64,000 bases of DNA from Raillietiella orientalis (taxonomy: Eukaryota): assembly GCA_036172245.1 (NCBI GenBank), contig JAYWIR010000007.1:4526001-4590000 (forward strand). The letters are read 5' to 3'. Below, one piece after another: positions 38,040-54,759 of the stretch (positions within the stretch are counted from its first letter, which is position 1; each line of letters opens with the position of its first letter). The position numbers and the translations under genes are program-made. The notes under the pieces are model-generated. The model did no database searches, was not told the origin of the DNA, and saw only the letters and a list, made by a program, of their open reading frames with translations.

Positions 38040-38780
38040 ACCGGCGGCACGGGTGGAAGCTGGAAACCTCTGGACGGCCCCATTGAGTGGCCAGGATCGG
38101 AAGTTGACACCCCTTGGTCCTTCCAGGGAATCAAGGAGCCCTTCGGGGCTCCCTTCCGGTTGCGAAAAGGGAGCCGCCCCTCCCTTCTCGTAGGACGATC
38201 CTCCATTGAGAGCCATGGAGCTCGGGAGGTCCCCTCCCCCCCTGAGTGTGTGAAGATCGCCTCTCCCTTCGGAGAGCGACCCCTAAGAGAAATCAGGAAG
38301 CCTCCGTTAGGGGTTTTCTTCGGGAAAGACCTGGGATCTTCCCTGCAGCTCACGCCTACACGACCGGACGCTGGGGAGGGAGAGCCTGGATTGTCGCAGG
38401 TGCGGAGAACGGGAATCCCCCTCCCACACATGCCTGTGGCCTCCGTCAGCCTCCATCCCCTGTGGGTAAGTTTCGGGAGGACCCTCCGGAACGAGAGGTT
38501 CTCTCCAGGGGGTCTCTCCTGAGAGAACAAGGAAGAAGAGGTTCCCTTCGGAGACGACCAGGTCGAGGAGGTTATCCCTCCCAAGGGCAAGCGAGGAACG
38601 GCCTCCTTCCTCCGAAGTCCTTTCCTGGATTCATAGGGCAATAACTTGAAGACACACACACACCCTCGGGTGGCGTGGAGGGTTCCTGAAGAGCTTCGTG
38701 ACCCACCCCTCCCTCCCTCCCCCGAAGAGACGAAGCACTCAGCGGACCAACAAAAAGAAAAAAAAAAAGTTGGAAGGAAA
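38040..38780 (+). repeat. Dispersed repeat family 1, copy D
   Basis: ccccattgagtggcc, tccttccagggaatcaagga, gagaacaaggaagaagaggttccc, ttcctggattcataggg, caccctcggg and ctcagcggaccaa occur in the same order as in the other copies. Confidence 0.75.
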
Positions 38781-39154
38781 GCAGCGAAGGCAGAAAAGAA
38801 CTCCCCAAAGGATTCCATCATTGCGTCCGGCTAGGTGCCACCTTTGGCATCTTCGCTCTCTTTACCAGCTGCGGTCAGGAAGCCGGACGAAATTCTCCTA
38901 AAGACTTGTTTAGACGCCCTCCCCCCCTTCCCCCATCCACGAAGTCTGAACCACAGGCTCTTTGATCCCCTTGGAAGCGAGCGCTTAGACCAGGTTGCAT
39001 GGCGCGGTGCGGCCGTTTCCGAAGGGGACGCGAGCTCTGCAGGGGCTTTTAAGGGTGGGCAAGAAGGCGAAAGCAGGGTGCGCCTCCTTCTTACCTGGCC
39101 CTGGGCGCCCTCCTCTCTCAGTGAGCGCGCGTGCTGGCAAAAAAGAAAAGAAAA

Positions 39155-40042
39155 GCAGCGGAAGCCGGGGAGAAACGAACGGTCCGACGAGGCGGCTGCT
39201 GGCATCTCCCGAGCGGACGCGAAACGATCGAGCCGCGGGCCAACATCCGGAGCAGCGCGTTAGATTCCCTCGCCCCTTGCCTTCCTCCTACTTGCAGCTG
39301 CTCGAGAATGCGGTGGATCTTCGTAAACGGGTACCTCCCTTGGGTCCGCCGGCCAGGGAAACACCGTCTGCCCGAAGGTGTGAATCCAGCGGGATTCGTA
39401 TCGTTTCCTCCAGGACTCTGTCGTCGTCATTATGCCCCTCCCCTCAATCAGCCCGAGCTCCCCTCGTCTGACGCTTCTCGCTCGTTGCCTTCCATCTGGT
39501 CAATGGAAAACAGGCTTCGAGATGACTCGGGATACGTGCAGGTTTTCAGAAAACCTTCCGGGTCCCCAAGAAGAGCTGAAGCTCGCTGCCACTTGCCGCG
39601 AGAGCGGAGAACCTTCGAAGCTCATGTCTGCTCCCGAGAAAACAGATGCCAGCAAGCCGAAAGGGAGGAACACGAGCACCTCCCAGAAGGCACCAGGAAA
39701 ACACAGGTGGTACTCCTGAGCGGAACAGGGACCATCGCAACGTGGGGCAGGCTGCGAGGACAGCATCATCCGTCTGCACTTTTCTCTGAGGCTTTTTCCG
39801 ATCCAGAGGAGTCCTGAAGTCCCCACTCTTTTTCCGGGAGAGCGAGATGATTTCTACAAGTTATTCTCCCGATCAGCTTGTGATGGTGCCGACGCCGGCT
39901 CAAGCACTTGGGATGGAGGGGAGGGGAAAAACGCGTGCTCGTTGCTCTGCGTTCCGGTCGTCTGCTCGATCGTTTCGCGTCCGCTCGGGAGATGGCAGTA
40001 GCCGCCTCGTCGGACCGTTCGTTTCTCCGCGGCTTCCGCTGC
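39155..40042. repeat. Inverted repeat with 79-bp arms (39155-39233 and 39964-40042) and a 730-nt spacer
   Basis: Arms match at 76/79 positions by manual comparison (gcagcggaagccg.ggagaaacgaacggtccgacgaggcggct.ctg.catctcccgagcggacgcgaaacgatcgagc), with weaker similarity on both sides. Confidence 0.9.
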
Positions 40043-43000
40043 AACTTTTTACCAGCAAGCTGCGCGGGGGGGGGGAGGACTCGACGTTTCTTCTTGCGGC
40101 TGCAGAGCTGCTGCTCCCTTGGCTCGTGCGGACCGGAAGAGGACCTCGACTTCTCGTGGGCCAATCTTCTCAGCGAGGAGGAGTCGCCACGGTGCCTTAC
40201 GCAAATTTCCTTCGAGGCTGAAGCTCCAGAAAGCACGAAAAAGCCGAATCCTCCGGGAGGGGAGGGGGAGGGAAAGGTGACAGAAGAACGGGAGGAAGAA
40301 TTTTTCCGTTCGTGTTCGACGTCACTCCGGCTGGAGTGACTGCAGGAACTCGCCTGAAAAGCGAAGCTGACCGGGAGGGGAGGAAGAGGGTGGAAAGGGG
40401 GGGTTGCGGGAGGTGAGGGCAGATCCGGAGGATGGGGCTGCCTCCCTAGAAATGGGAGGGGGGGGGGTGCACACCCTCATGTGTCTTCAGGCGCTTCCGG
40501 TCCCAGCCCCCTCATCCCAACCTTGCGACCCCCCTTCCCGGTGGCGGCGACGACGACCCGAGCGCAGCGTTGCTGCGCGGCGCATGACGTCACGGCTCTC
40601 GACGTCGCCTGCCTTCGTGTTTCGGCGGCGGCGCCTCTCGCGGCGGGTTTTCGTCCCGTGAAGGCCCGTGAAGGGTGGGCGGGAGAGACGCTATGATGCC
40701 TCCTTACCAGGTCACCTCTCCCTCCGGAGTGTGGTCAACGCCCGAGCCTTCGAGAGCGTCCTCCTCCTCCCCTTGCTCCTCGTCGGACGTGTCGCCCCGC
40801 CAAATTCCCGCTCAGCTCAGCCGCGTCCTTGCCGAGCTGCCGGAGGAAGAAGCGACCGGTCCGTCCCTCCTCCTCGGATGCTCCCGGGCATCTCTCCGCA
40901 AGTGTCCTCCGCGGGTTGCCGTCCGCCGCCACCTGCGAGAGGGGGAGCAAAAGGCGAAAGGTGAACTCCCCGTCGGGCTCCCTCCAGGCAACAAGGAAGG
41001 GAAAAAAAACAAAAGGTTCACTCCGTGGAGGGTGAGAGGGGGGGAGGGGGGCAACGAGTCAGTCTCGGACGAGGAGGGTCGGCGGGGCTCCTCTTCCGCT
41101 CCCGGAAAGAACGCGCGAGTCCGCGCGCGCCAGGGTTCGTTGGATCTTCCCGTTCTCCAGGATGCTTTTTCTGGGAGCTGCCGGACCGCCTGCGGCATCC
41201 CCCGATCGGGCCGGCCCCCAGTGCCCTCCCTCCTCCTGCTCATCAGCCAAGACGGTGGAAGAGTGACGCAACAGAGGCATGGAGTCTCCCCCTGCACGCT
41301 GCCTGCCAAGCACAGCGCTCGTGGACTTCTTTCTGCTAAACGGACGGCCTTCCGTCACTCTCGCCGCCGGCAGGGCTGACGTCATGGCCACCTGACGTCT
41401 GCGCCGCCGCCGCCGCTGCTGCTGCGTGTGCGTTTCTCGTCGCACCATGCGGGGTGGGGGGTGGGGGGGGGCGGGAAGGTGCCGTCCACAGATGCGCCAA
41501 CGGGGCGCGCGTCGCGTCGCATTCTTGGCGTCATTGCAGCCGGCGTCTGGAAACCGCCCGGTCGCGAACGTGTGCGTGTGCGTGCGCGCGGGGTGGGTGG
41601 GGGTGGAGGGAGGGAAGAGCGTGCGTTTGGGCGAGAGAGCAGCAGCGCGTGCGCTCCCGGCTTTCCTCTCGGTCGCTCTGCGCTCGTTAGGAACGTCCGC
41701 CTGCTTGGCAACCCGGTCCGGACCTGCCTGCGGGTGACGGTGTCACCCCACCACCTTTCCGGGGACAGGTCCGCGGGAACAGCGGGGCACGTTCCCCGCA
41801 GGGTGACCTTCATGCGCAGCCGCCGCTTCGGCCCCCTCTCGAGCGCACCCTCCTCCGATTCCTTATCTCCCCCACCCCTTGCGGTGACTCCTCTTCCCTT
41901 CCTCCCACCCGGTAGAGCCTTCGCAACGCTCTTCCCAAGTATGCGAAAGCAGCCGTCCGATCGTAGCCATTCCCCAGGACGGTACCCCCCATATGCCCAC
42001 AGGGGTGTGGGAACTCTCCGGTTCGTCCTTTGAGGCCCTCACGTTGCCTCTGGCTCTCCCCCCGCCCCCGTCTTCACCGTTCCCCGGTCTGCTGTCCTTC
42101 CCTTCCTTTTCCTTCTTTCTGCTCTTCTGCAGCCGGCGGGTTTCAAGTCACCACCCCTGCTCCTCCTACTGCGAACCCCAAATCCAGGCGCCATCCCCCC
42201 CCCCCCTTCTTCCCGGAGGAGGGCGCGCGCGCCTTTTACCTTCGATTGCCCGACCGGTCGCCGACGGATCGGAAGAGCTCAGCCGGCGCGCGGCAGCAGC
42301 CGGGAGCAGCCGGCATTCAGAACCGACGGAAACGCAGCTGCTGGTCCGCGAAGGTAACGCTGGTGGGGGTGGGGGGGAGGGGAAACAATCCTGTCTGTCG
42401 GAAGACTCGAGTGACTCCACAGCTCTCAACGTTGGAACGATGCGGCACTCAAACGAGCGCAGTTGGCACCCCTGTCTAGCGTAGGGGCGCCACGCGAAGA
42501 GCGGGGAAACAGCCGCCGTTCCGACTGTACCGCCGGGTCCTGCTGTTCCCCATGCGCGCCCCGCCCCGGGCGTAGTGGCCGCCACCCTCCTCCCTGCGGA
42601 CGGGGTCGCCAAGTCACCGCGAGCAGATGCAAGCGAGGCGAGCAAACCCTTTTCCGGAGGGCGGAGCGCTCGAGTCCGGGGGCAAGTGACGAAAATTCCA
42701 GGCCGCAGATGGGGCCGGCCCGGCGCCCTAGCGTGGAGGAGGGTTCAGCCCGGATCCCCCTCAAACGAATGCATTCCTCATCGCAGGGCCACAAGGGTGA
42801 GCTCTGCGAACCCGGGGTGCGGCGAACCGGTTCCGGTTAGGCGGTGGAGGGGTCGTCTCCCGGTCGCGGGGGGGCACTTTCGTCGTGGAGGCGCGCGTGC
42901 GGCGGGGAAGTTGGGACTCGACGGGCCGACTCCGCTCAAGGCGTGAGGGCGGCCCCTGTGATCTCTCGCCTGCTCCTCCTCCCTGCTGCTGATCTTCGAC

Positions 43001-43676
43001 CCCCCCCTTTTTCTTTGTTTCATCGAACCCGCATCTCCAACGCCCGCGGATTTTTCGTCTCTCACGGGGGGGGTGGGGGTGGCGGGCGGGCGGGATCGTC
43101 TGGGAGAGACAGCAGCACCTACTCGGAGCAGCTCCTTTTGCTCTTCGCATCTTCCTGCTCGCAGCATCGGAAAGGTCTCGCGCGCTTTCGGATGCAGCTG
43201 GGAGGGAGTTCTTCTCGCGCCGGTGCTGGAGGATCAGCGCCCGACAGGAAGCCTGGACAATTCCTAAATGTTTATTTAAAGGTCACAATTAGGGAGGGAG
43301 GCAGTCAGGGGGGGAGGGAAGCGTGTGGATCGCATTGTTGCGATGGGCGATCGCTTTTCCTAACAATGACTTTGCTCTTTTTTCCCCTTATGAAGAAATA
43401 CTATGTAATACATATGCACAACATGTAAAAAGCAATACTTGGAGTTTCCTTTGAGGCGATTATTTTGAGGTGCTTCAGCTTCGGAGCCGTTAGGACGTTT
43501 TATTTTCTGCTTCAGCACCGGAAGTCCGAGGATGGCTGCTGCTGCACGGGGGGGGGGGAGGGGGAGGTTAATTAGCGCCGGAAAGACGGCAAGGCCCCGT
43601 GGGGAGAGAAGGAACCCTTTCATGGTGCCTTCCACACGAAGCGGTCCCCAAGAGCGCTGTTCTTTGGGAGACGCGA

Positions 43677-43708
<32 letters not shown>
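43677..43708. repeat. (GCT)n microsatellite
   Basis: Directly visible. Confidence 0.9.
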
Positions 43709-43709
<1 letters not shown>

Positions 43710-45705
43710 GCCGATTCACTCGACGCATCCGTCCTCTTCGTACGGACGCGCATTGACGACGGGACTTCTCAGGGAGTTGATAAAAGGGCGGCGGCGATAG
43801 CACCGCTGCAAATAAATGGAAATCAAAGGAGGAGAGCGGAGCGCGGGCCGCGCCCCCTGCGGCGTGCATGCGCTCTGGAAATGGTACAGTGAGGGAGAGG
43901 TGGTGGGAATGTCTCGAGAAAACAAAAAGATCAGCGGATTAAATAACGGGAAGATAAGGAGCACCTCGTCCCTGCGAGATGCTCGGACGGAACACGCGAA
44001 AGATAGGGAAGACGGCGGCCGCCTCGCACGAAAGAGGCGCGGCCAACTGCCAAGAAGAGTCCTGCCGCGCGGCCACGCAAATGAGGGACCAGGATGGCAC
44101 GGGACCTATTCCCCACAGGTCCGAAGCGCTTCCTCCGAGACCTCGGAGATTCCGCCAGCAGAAATCCGGGTGCGTTTAACCCCCTCCCCCCCCCTCACTT
44201 CCGAGTCCCGCTTTCTCTCTCCCTGTGTGTGTTCTCCGCTTTCCCGCCTCATTCAGCCCCGTGGGGCCGCCACGAGGTCGGCATCCGTCGCAGGTCGCAC
44301 CCCGGGGATGATCTCCCTCGCCTCCGCGCGCGCACGCAGCTGACTTTTCCCCGTCCGTCGAGATGCGAACCTCTGCGGAGCTGATGGAACCGGCGTCGGA
44401 GTGACCCTAGGTCGGAAGCGGCACGGAAGGGCTTTTTTCTTTCCTCTTTCTGCCTCATGGTTCTGCTTCCCCGCCCTCAGCCCCCCCCCCCCCCCCTTGA
44501 AGAACGGAATGGCATTGGCGCCGAGGTTTAAAGTTTAACTGCTTCCCTTGTATCAAATGCAAACTCCAAAGTGCACGCTTTGCAGACAATCTCGAGTAGA
44601 GGGGGGCTCTTCACCTGCCACCAGGGTCAAGATAGGGCCGCTCGGTGCCATGAAAACGCTGCCGTGAAAGACAAACAAGCAGTGGTTTCCGGCGCGCCAG
44701 CCCGACCGATTCCGGCGGTTCCCTTCCTTTTATTTTTCGCCGCGAGGTCAGGTTTTCGACATCACAGTTCGCCAGCTGCGACCGTTAATGGCCGAGAAAC
44801 AAAAGAAGGGAAGAAAAAACTCCGTGTCTGCGAAAGCACACTTAATGGAGAGAAAAGACACACACACACGAGAGAGAGAGAGGGGGGGGCGGGTGAGAGA
44901 GAGAGAGAGAGAGAGAGAACGGAGGCAAAAAAAAAAAAAAAAAAAAAAGAAAAGAAAAAGAAAAGGCGAAACTTTGCGGCCGTCTTCCGCGGCTTTGCGC
45001 TCGCACGCACGCCACGGGGCCAGACGAGTGCGTGTGCAGAACACGCGTTCGCTCGCGCGTCATCCCGGGGGGGTGAGCCCGAGAGGAGAAGTTAGTTAAG
45101 TCTCCATGTGTGGCACCTCCCGCTCTGATTATCTGACGAGACGAGCGCTCCCTCCCCCCCCCTCTCCCTCCCTCTCTTCTGCGCATCTGCGGTGCTACGT
45201 GGAGTGCGCGGGGATTGCGGCCGTTTCCAAGCGACCCAACAATAACGGCGGATATTTTTATCGCAGACGGAAGCGTCGAGAAGGATCGCGCGCGCGCTCG
45301 TGGGCACGGCTCGCTCGCCCGCGGACGAACCTCCCGGTTCCTCATCTGTGCGACGATGACGACGACGATGATTCTCCGTTTCGGCCACCCGCTCCGCCTT
45401 CTCACCCTTTGGAGAAGTGGGCGCCCCTCGTCGGTCCCGCGGCTGACAGTCCCCTCCGACAGGGAGAGCCACCAATGGGGGTGGTAGCGTGCTGCCTTCG
45501 AAGCTCTTCTCGACTCACAGGGGAGCAAACAAGCAAACAGCGCACACGAAAAAAGGGAAGCAGGGAGCGTGTGCATCCCGGAGCTGCAACACCGCGGCTG
45601 GCGCTTCCCTGTTTTGCGTGGGCGAACAAGCAAAGAGAGGTGCTCCCTGGGGAAAGCTGAAACTCGCTGATCCCGACCGGTACGGGGGAGCGGCCTGATT
45701 TCTGC

Positions 45706-46150
45706 TTGGTTTCAGAGGGCTCACGGAGGATGCAGGTAATTCGAATCTCCGCATCCGCTGCCTCCGCGGCACCGCGTACCTGTGCACGCGCCCGCCCCGG
45801 TGACGACACATCCCTCCTGGAGCGGAGTGCCAGGTACCCACGGAACAACGCCATCTTCCTGAGGGGTAGCAACTCAAGGATGCAGCGTGGAGGACGGTGG
45901 GAACCGCCCTGGAAATGCGGTTGCGACCTCGACTCGTCCGAGTCTCCCTCTTCGCTCGCCTCCCCCTCCCTCTCCGTCCAAGCCGAGCTCCAGGAGGACG
46001 CGCGCACGCGCGGCCACAGGAGCACTTTTTGCTCCGGGGACCGCGAGAGGAGCTTCCGGACTCACCGCCAGGAGAGACGCACCTTGGAGAAGCCAAAGGT
46101 GACCCCGAGGAATCGGTTGTGGTCATGGAGGGGGGGAGGGGACACCTTTC
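45706..46150 (+). mobile_element. Degenerate APE-endonuclease region of a non-LTR element
   Basis: NAIFLRGSNSRMQRGGRWEPPW resembles the Tx1-type D.IFLQETHS.......W...W. It is followed by SVQAEL...GDRERSF and, after a frameshift, SVVVMEGG (GGDFN-like). Motif order is right but catalytic residues are eroded. Confidence 0.45.
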
Positions 46151-47021
46151 CCATTACTTCGCTTCCTCACCCCCTTTCTTCCCACGTTCCCTTTTCTACG
46201 TTCCTTTGATGGACCCTCGGCGCGAGACTCCTTGAACTCTTGAAGAAGGGGCTGGCGTCCAGGGAGAAGAAACGCAGGACACGAGTCCATCGTCAGCGAA
46301 AATCGGCAGCGCCATCCCTGGCTGCGATCTCCGCATGCCCTCCCTCCCCCCTTGTTCTAACCTGTCGGGAGTGCAGGCGATCCTGGACGAGGGAATGCCC
46401 TCTTTCAGAAGATAACTTTGGATCTCTTCTCGGATTCGAGCCTGCCCATGAAGAAGAAGCGTGTTCTTTGCCCGCGGCCTCGCTCCCTCCTCCCGGTGAC
46501 CGTCCCCGTGGAGTCCCGTCCTTTCGAACGGGCCACTCCTGGGGTTCCGAGAAGGATGTCGGGGAGGAATCCACCTGTTTTCCGGACCATGTCGGGAAGA
46601 TGTCCCGTGGTTCGGGGCCCGACGCGGATCTCAGCCCAAGGAAAAGCAGCTCGGGGAAGGAGTCCTCTAGAAGAGCGCCGCACAAGGGTGTTCCTGGGGT
46701 GGCCGTAGGGATGCTTAAGCACTGAATCCTTGGAGAGGAGGCTCCCTCCGACAAAGGCGGCCTTCTTCCCCTTCTTCCCGAATTCCTTCCCTCCCTCCTT
46801 GCTCTCCTGAAATCGTGCTGCCGGCGTCGGCGGCGGAGAGTAACGGGAAGCACAATCCCCTTCCTCCTCGCCCGTGGAACGCAGTCCACAGGAAAGTCAA
46901 CAAAAACGTGTCGAGGGTGGCAGGCAAGCTGATGTTGCGTCGAAGAGCATGGCGAAGTCTCCCGTCGCTTTCCTGTTCTGCTTTCCTTCCCCGGGAGCAC
47001 TGCAAAGAGCGCCCCGCCTCT

Positions 47022-47350
47022 TCAGGACGCTGACTTCCATCTCCTGATCTGCTCCTTTAGCTTACTCAAGGTTGGGCGTTCCCTCCTGATTCGCCAGTGC
47101 CTTCCTGCTTTGACTCCAACGAAGCCAGGGGGTGGGTGAGCTCCCTCACACTCTCCCCCCGGATCTCTCAGCGCGTTCATCAGGGCATAGGAAAAATTCG
47201 AAAGTCGCAGGGACCGTTCACAGCTGGTACCTGCATCCCCTTCCCGATCAGTTCCATTCTTGAGAGGTACAACCTGTCTCCTGGCGGCGAGCGGGGAGAG
47301 ACCGCTCCCGGTCACCTTCTTTCAGCTGACCATCGCGGGCCGCCTTCCCA
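47022..47350 (-). mobile_element. Degenerate RT-core fragment of a non-LTR element
   Basis: Minus strand reads VTGSGLSPLAARRQVVPL (like QG..LSPLL....EPL), then tat gcc (ct) gat gaa as a possible frameshifted YADD, then LSKLKEQIRRWKSAS (thumb-like). Confidence 0.4.
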
Positions 47351-48080
47351 TCGAGAGAAGGAAGGAGCAGCCTGGTGTGCCTCGACCGTGGTTTCCTATT
47401 GCACAATCCCCCGTTGGATCCACAGATGGGATCTACACAGAGCGCGGAAGTACTGTACGGAGCAAGACGAACCGTGGTTACGCCACGGTGAAATATGAAA
47501 AGTGTGTCGGGAGTGGTTTGGTTCGAGGCAGTCCGAGGTCTACGAGTTTGTCTTCCTTCTGCTCCACTCTCCACGAAGAGCCACGCATCCCAGACCACCG
47601 GAGCAGAAGGGATAACCGCGAGAGCGTTTCCCACCTCACGGGACCGCACGCTCATCCAGAAAGGCACTCTGTAGGTGGCGAGGTCGCCGGTCCCGAGAAT
47701 AGGAGAACATTTCCTGGCGAATGTCAGCTGAATTACACACAGTCTGTGAACGCCGTTGAAGTTCAGCAACAGCAACTTAACGAAAGTGTTCACTTTGTGT
47801 GTCTGCAACGAAAGTGCACCGTGTGCTCCTCTTCGCGCACAGAGGCACACAGTGCGTACCACAGGCAATTGCCAAGTGTCTCTTCGTGCACTCTCTTGGA
47901 AATTGCATCGCGACGCGGCATTCCTCTTTATCGTGAAGACGGGAACTGTGTTTCACTTGGCGTGTGCAACCGTTTGCCTCCGCTGTATAAATTAGCACAG
48001 TGTTGGGGCAAATACACGGATAAATCATAAAGCAAAGCACGGTTTCCTTGTGCACCAGCGCGAACACGGTGCTCTGCTTC

Positions 48081-48112
<32 letters not shown>

Positions 48113-48323
48113 CGAACGTTGCGAGAGAGCGTGTTGCAGGCGGCGAGCACGCAGTGGATTAACCAGAGTGTTCCGTTTCCACTTGCGTTTCTGTTGCAAT
48201 GTTTGTACACTTGGTGTGTGATCCGTCAGTCGTGTGAAAGTACATCGTCTCCTCCTCCTCCTCCGGTCTTGCAGTCGGTGTGGGTCGCTCGCCGAAGGTG
48301 GTGCGCGCGGTTGGGCGCCGCGG

Positions 48324-48414
48324 AGGCGGCGGCGGCGGCGGTGGTGGTGGTGGTGGTGGTGGTCGTCGTCGTCGTCGTGGTCGTAGTGGTGGTGGTCGTG
48401 GCCGTGGTCGTGGC
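48324..48414. repeat. Compound (GGC)/(GGT)/(GTC) trinucleotide repeat about 250 nt upstream of the SIK ATG
   Basis: Directly visible. Confidence 0.9.
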
Positions 48415-48661
48415 GGGAGGTGCCTTCGTCCCCTTTTGATCATCTTTTCCTTTCAGCGTTTGCATGGCATTGCCAGGCAGTGCACTTCGCCATTATCCGG
48501 AGCGAAACACGGGCTTCAGAAGTAAACCACAGGAATTCACTCTTGCACTGATATGCAGCATATTCCAACGAGGGTGTGCGAGAGTGCACCCACGGGTGTT
48601 TTCGTGCTGAAATTTTTCCAAGTCGGAAACCAATGAATTCGTCAGCTTCACCTTAGGAAAG

Positions 48662-53487
<4,826 letters not shown>

Positions 53488-54759
53488 GAACACAAAGGCA
53501 GTGTCAGAAACGATCATCAGCCCAGTGATTTATGGACATTTCCGCTTGTCAGCTACTGATGTATTTTGGTGCGCATTCTTAACGTTTGTTTTCCACCAGA
53601 TGTGGAGGGAGATTATTTTTGAGTTTTTCTGTGTTTCTCAAATGAAGAAATTTTCCCCAACCTTGGTACGTCACAAACTTGTCATAGATGGCAACTTTTC
53701 AGCTTTACTTGTCGAATTTTGTGATTCTTGTGTGATATTAAGATAAGCAAATGCAGAGTATCAAAATCTATTCAATTGTTATTTCTGCGTGGTCTCGTTT
53801 TGTAATGTCTACTTCAAGTGTTACCACCGCAAAGACTTCTACCCTTAGTTAAATACAGATATTTTTTTGTGAAACGAGACTCAGTCGCAGTGCTTTCTGG
53901 CACACCATATTCGCATCAGGGAACAAAGCCATGTCCCTCCATGCTGAGGTGGTTCCACGGCGGGATGGCATTCCTGAAGACGGTGTTTGCCCATCCCTCG
54001 AGACGTGGCTCCTAGTCTGCTCGTCCCCCAGAGGCGTGTTCACCTGCGTGTCTCGCGTTTGGATTCAAGGGCGGAAGCGTGTCTCCGGGAACGAACCTTT
54101 TGCCGCGTCTTTCGGAGCCCCTCTGAAGCCCTCTTTCAGAACGGGCCGCAGCAAACTGGGGACCGTGGGGTGGACCCCACGGTTCCCAGGAGGAGAGAGC
54201 CTGTCCGCCAGAAAACCCTCCAAGCCGCGATCGGCCGTACCGTGCGCCCCCCCTATCCTCCCGCTTCCTCCTTTGCCCTTTCCTCCGTTCTCTTCGTCCC
54301 ATCTTCCTACCCGTCCATTTCCTTTCAGTCCTTCTGTGCGAGGATTCTGCTGCTCGTGTTCTCTTGCCTAGCGTGCTCCAATCTGTGGCGGGAGGGGCGT
54401 GCGTGGAAAAAAGTCGGTAGCCTCCGACCCGGCCTCGTATCCGCCTATCGACAGACAGGGGCGGCACGTTGCCCGGAACGGTACGTACGGGGATCACGCG
54501 CGCAAAACACCATACGGGATGATTTCGGCACCCCAGGGTTTGCGTTCCATGCTATCCTCGCCGCGGAGCGCGGGCGGACGCGCGCTTCCGAAGGATCCTT
54601 GGACCTTTCAGGAAAGGTCCAGGGATCCCGCTCCAACTAATAAACGGCCTCCGCTTTGCGTATGCGCCAACCCGGTCCTTCGAGAGGAGGGGAAGGGATG
54701 GGGCGAGTGAAATTCTCGTTTTTCCCACCTACTCTGGACAGAGTGTGAGGGAAACACCC

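Noticed and set aside
47170..47190. CTGATGA on the minus strand as a hammerhead ribozyme core
   Set aside because: No matching GAAA with flanking stems; better explained as an eroded YADD codon region.
1..48000. Bacterial contaminant or HGT origin of the GC-rich block
   Set aside because: It contains a spliced animal gene, microsatellites and LINE remnants, and lacks bacterial-style dense ORFs. Related LINE remnants recur between the AT-rich genes at 54-55.6 kb.
47260..48030. 256-aa ORF upstream of SIK
   Set aside because: No ATG start, no domain, partly antisense to an RT remnant; more likely promoter or non-coding sequence.
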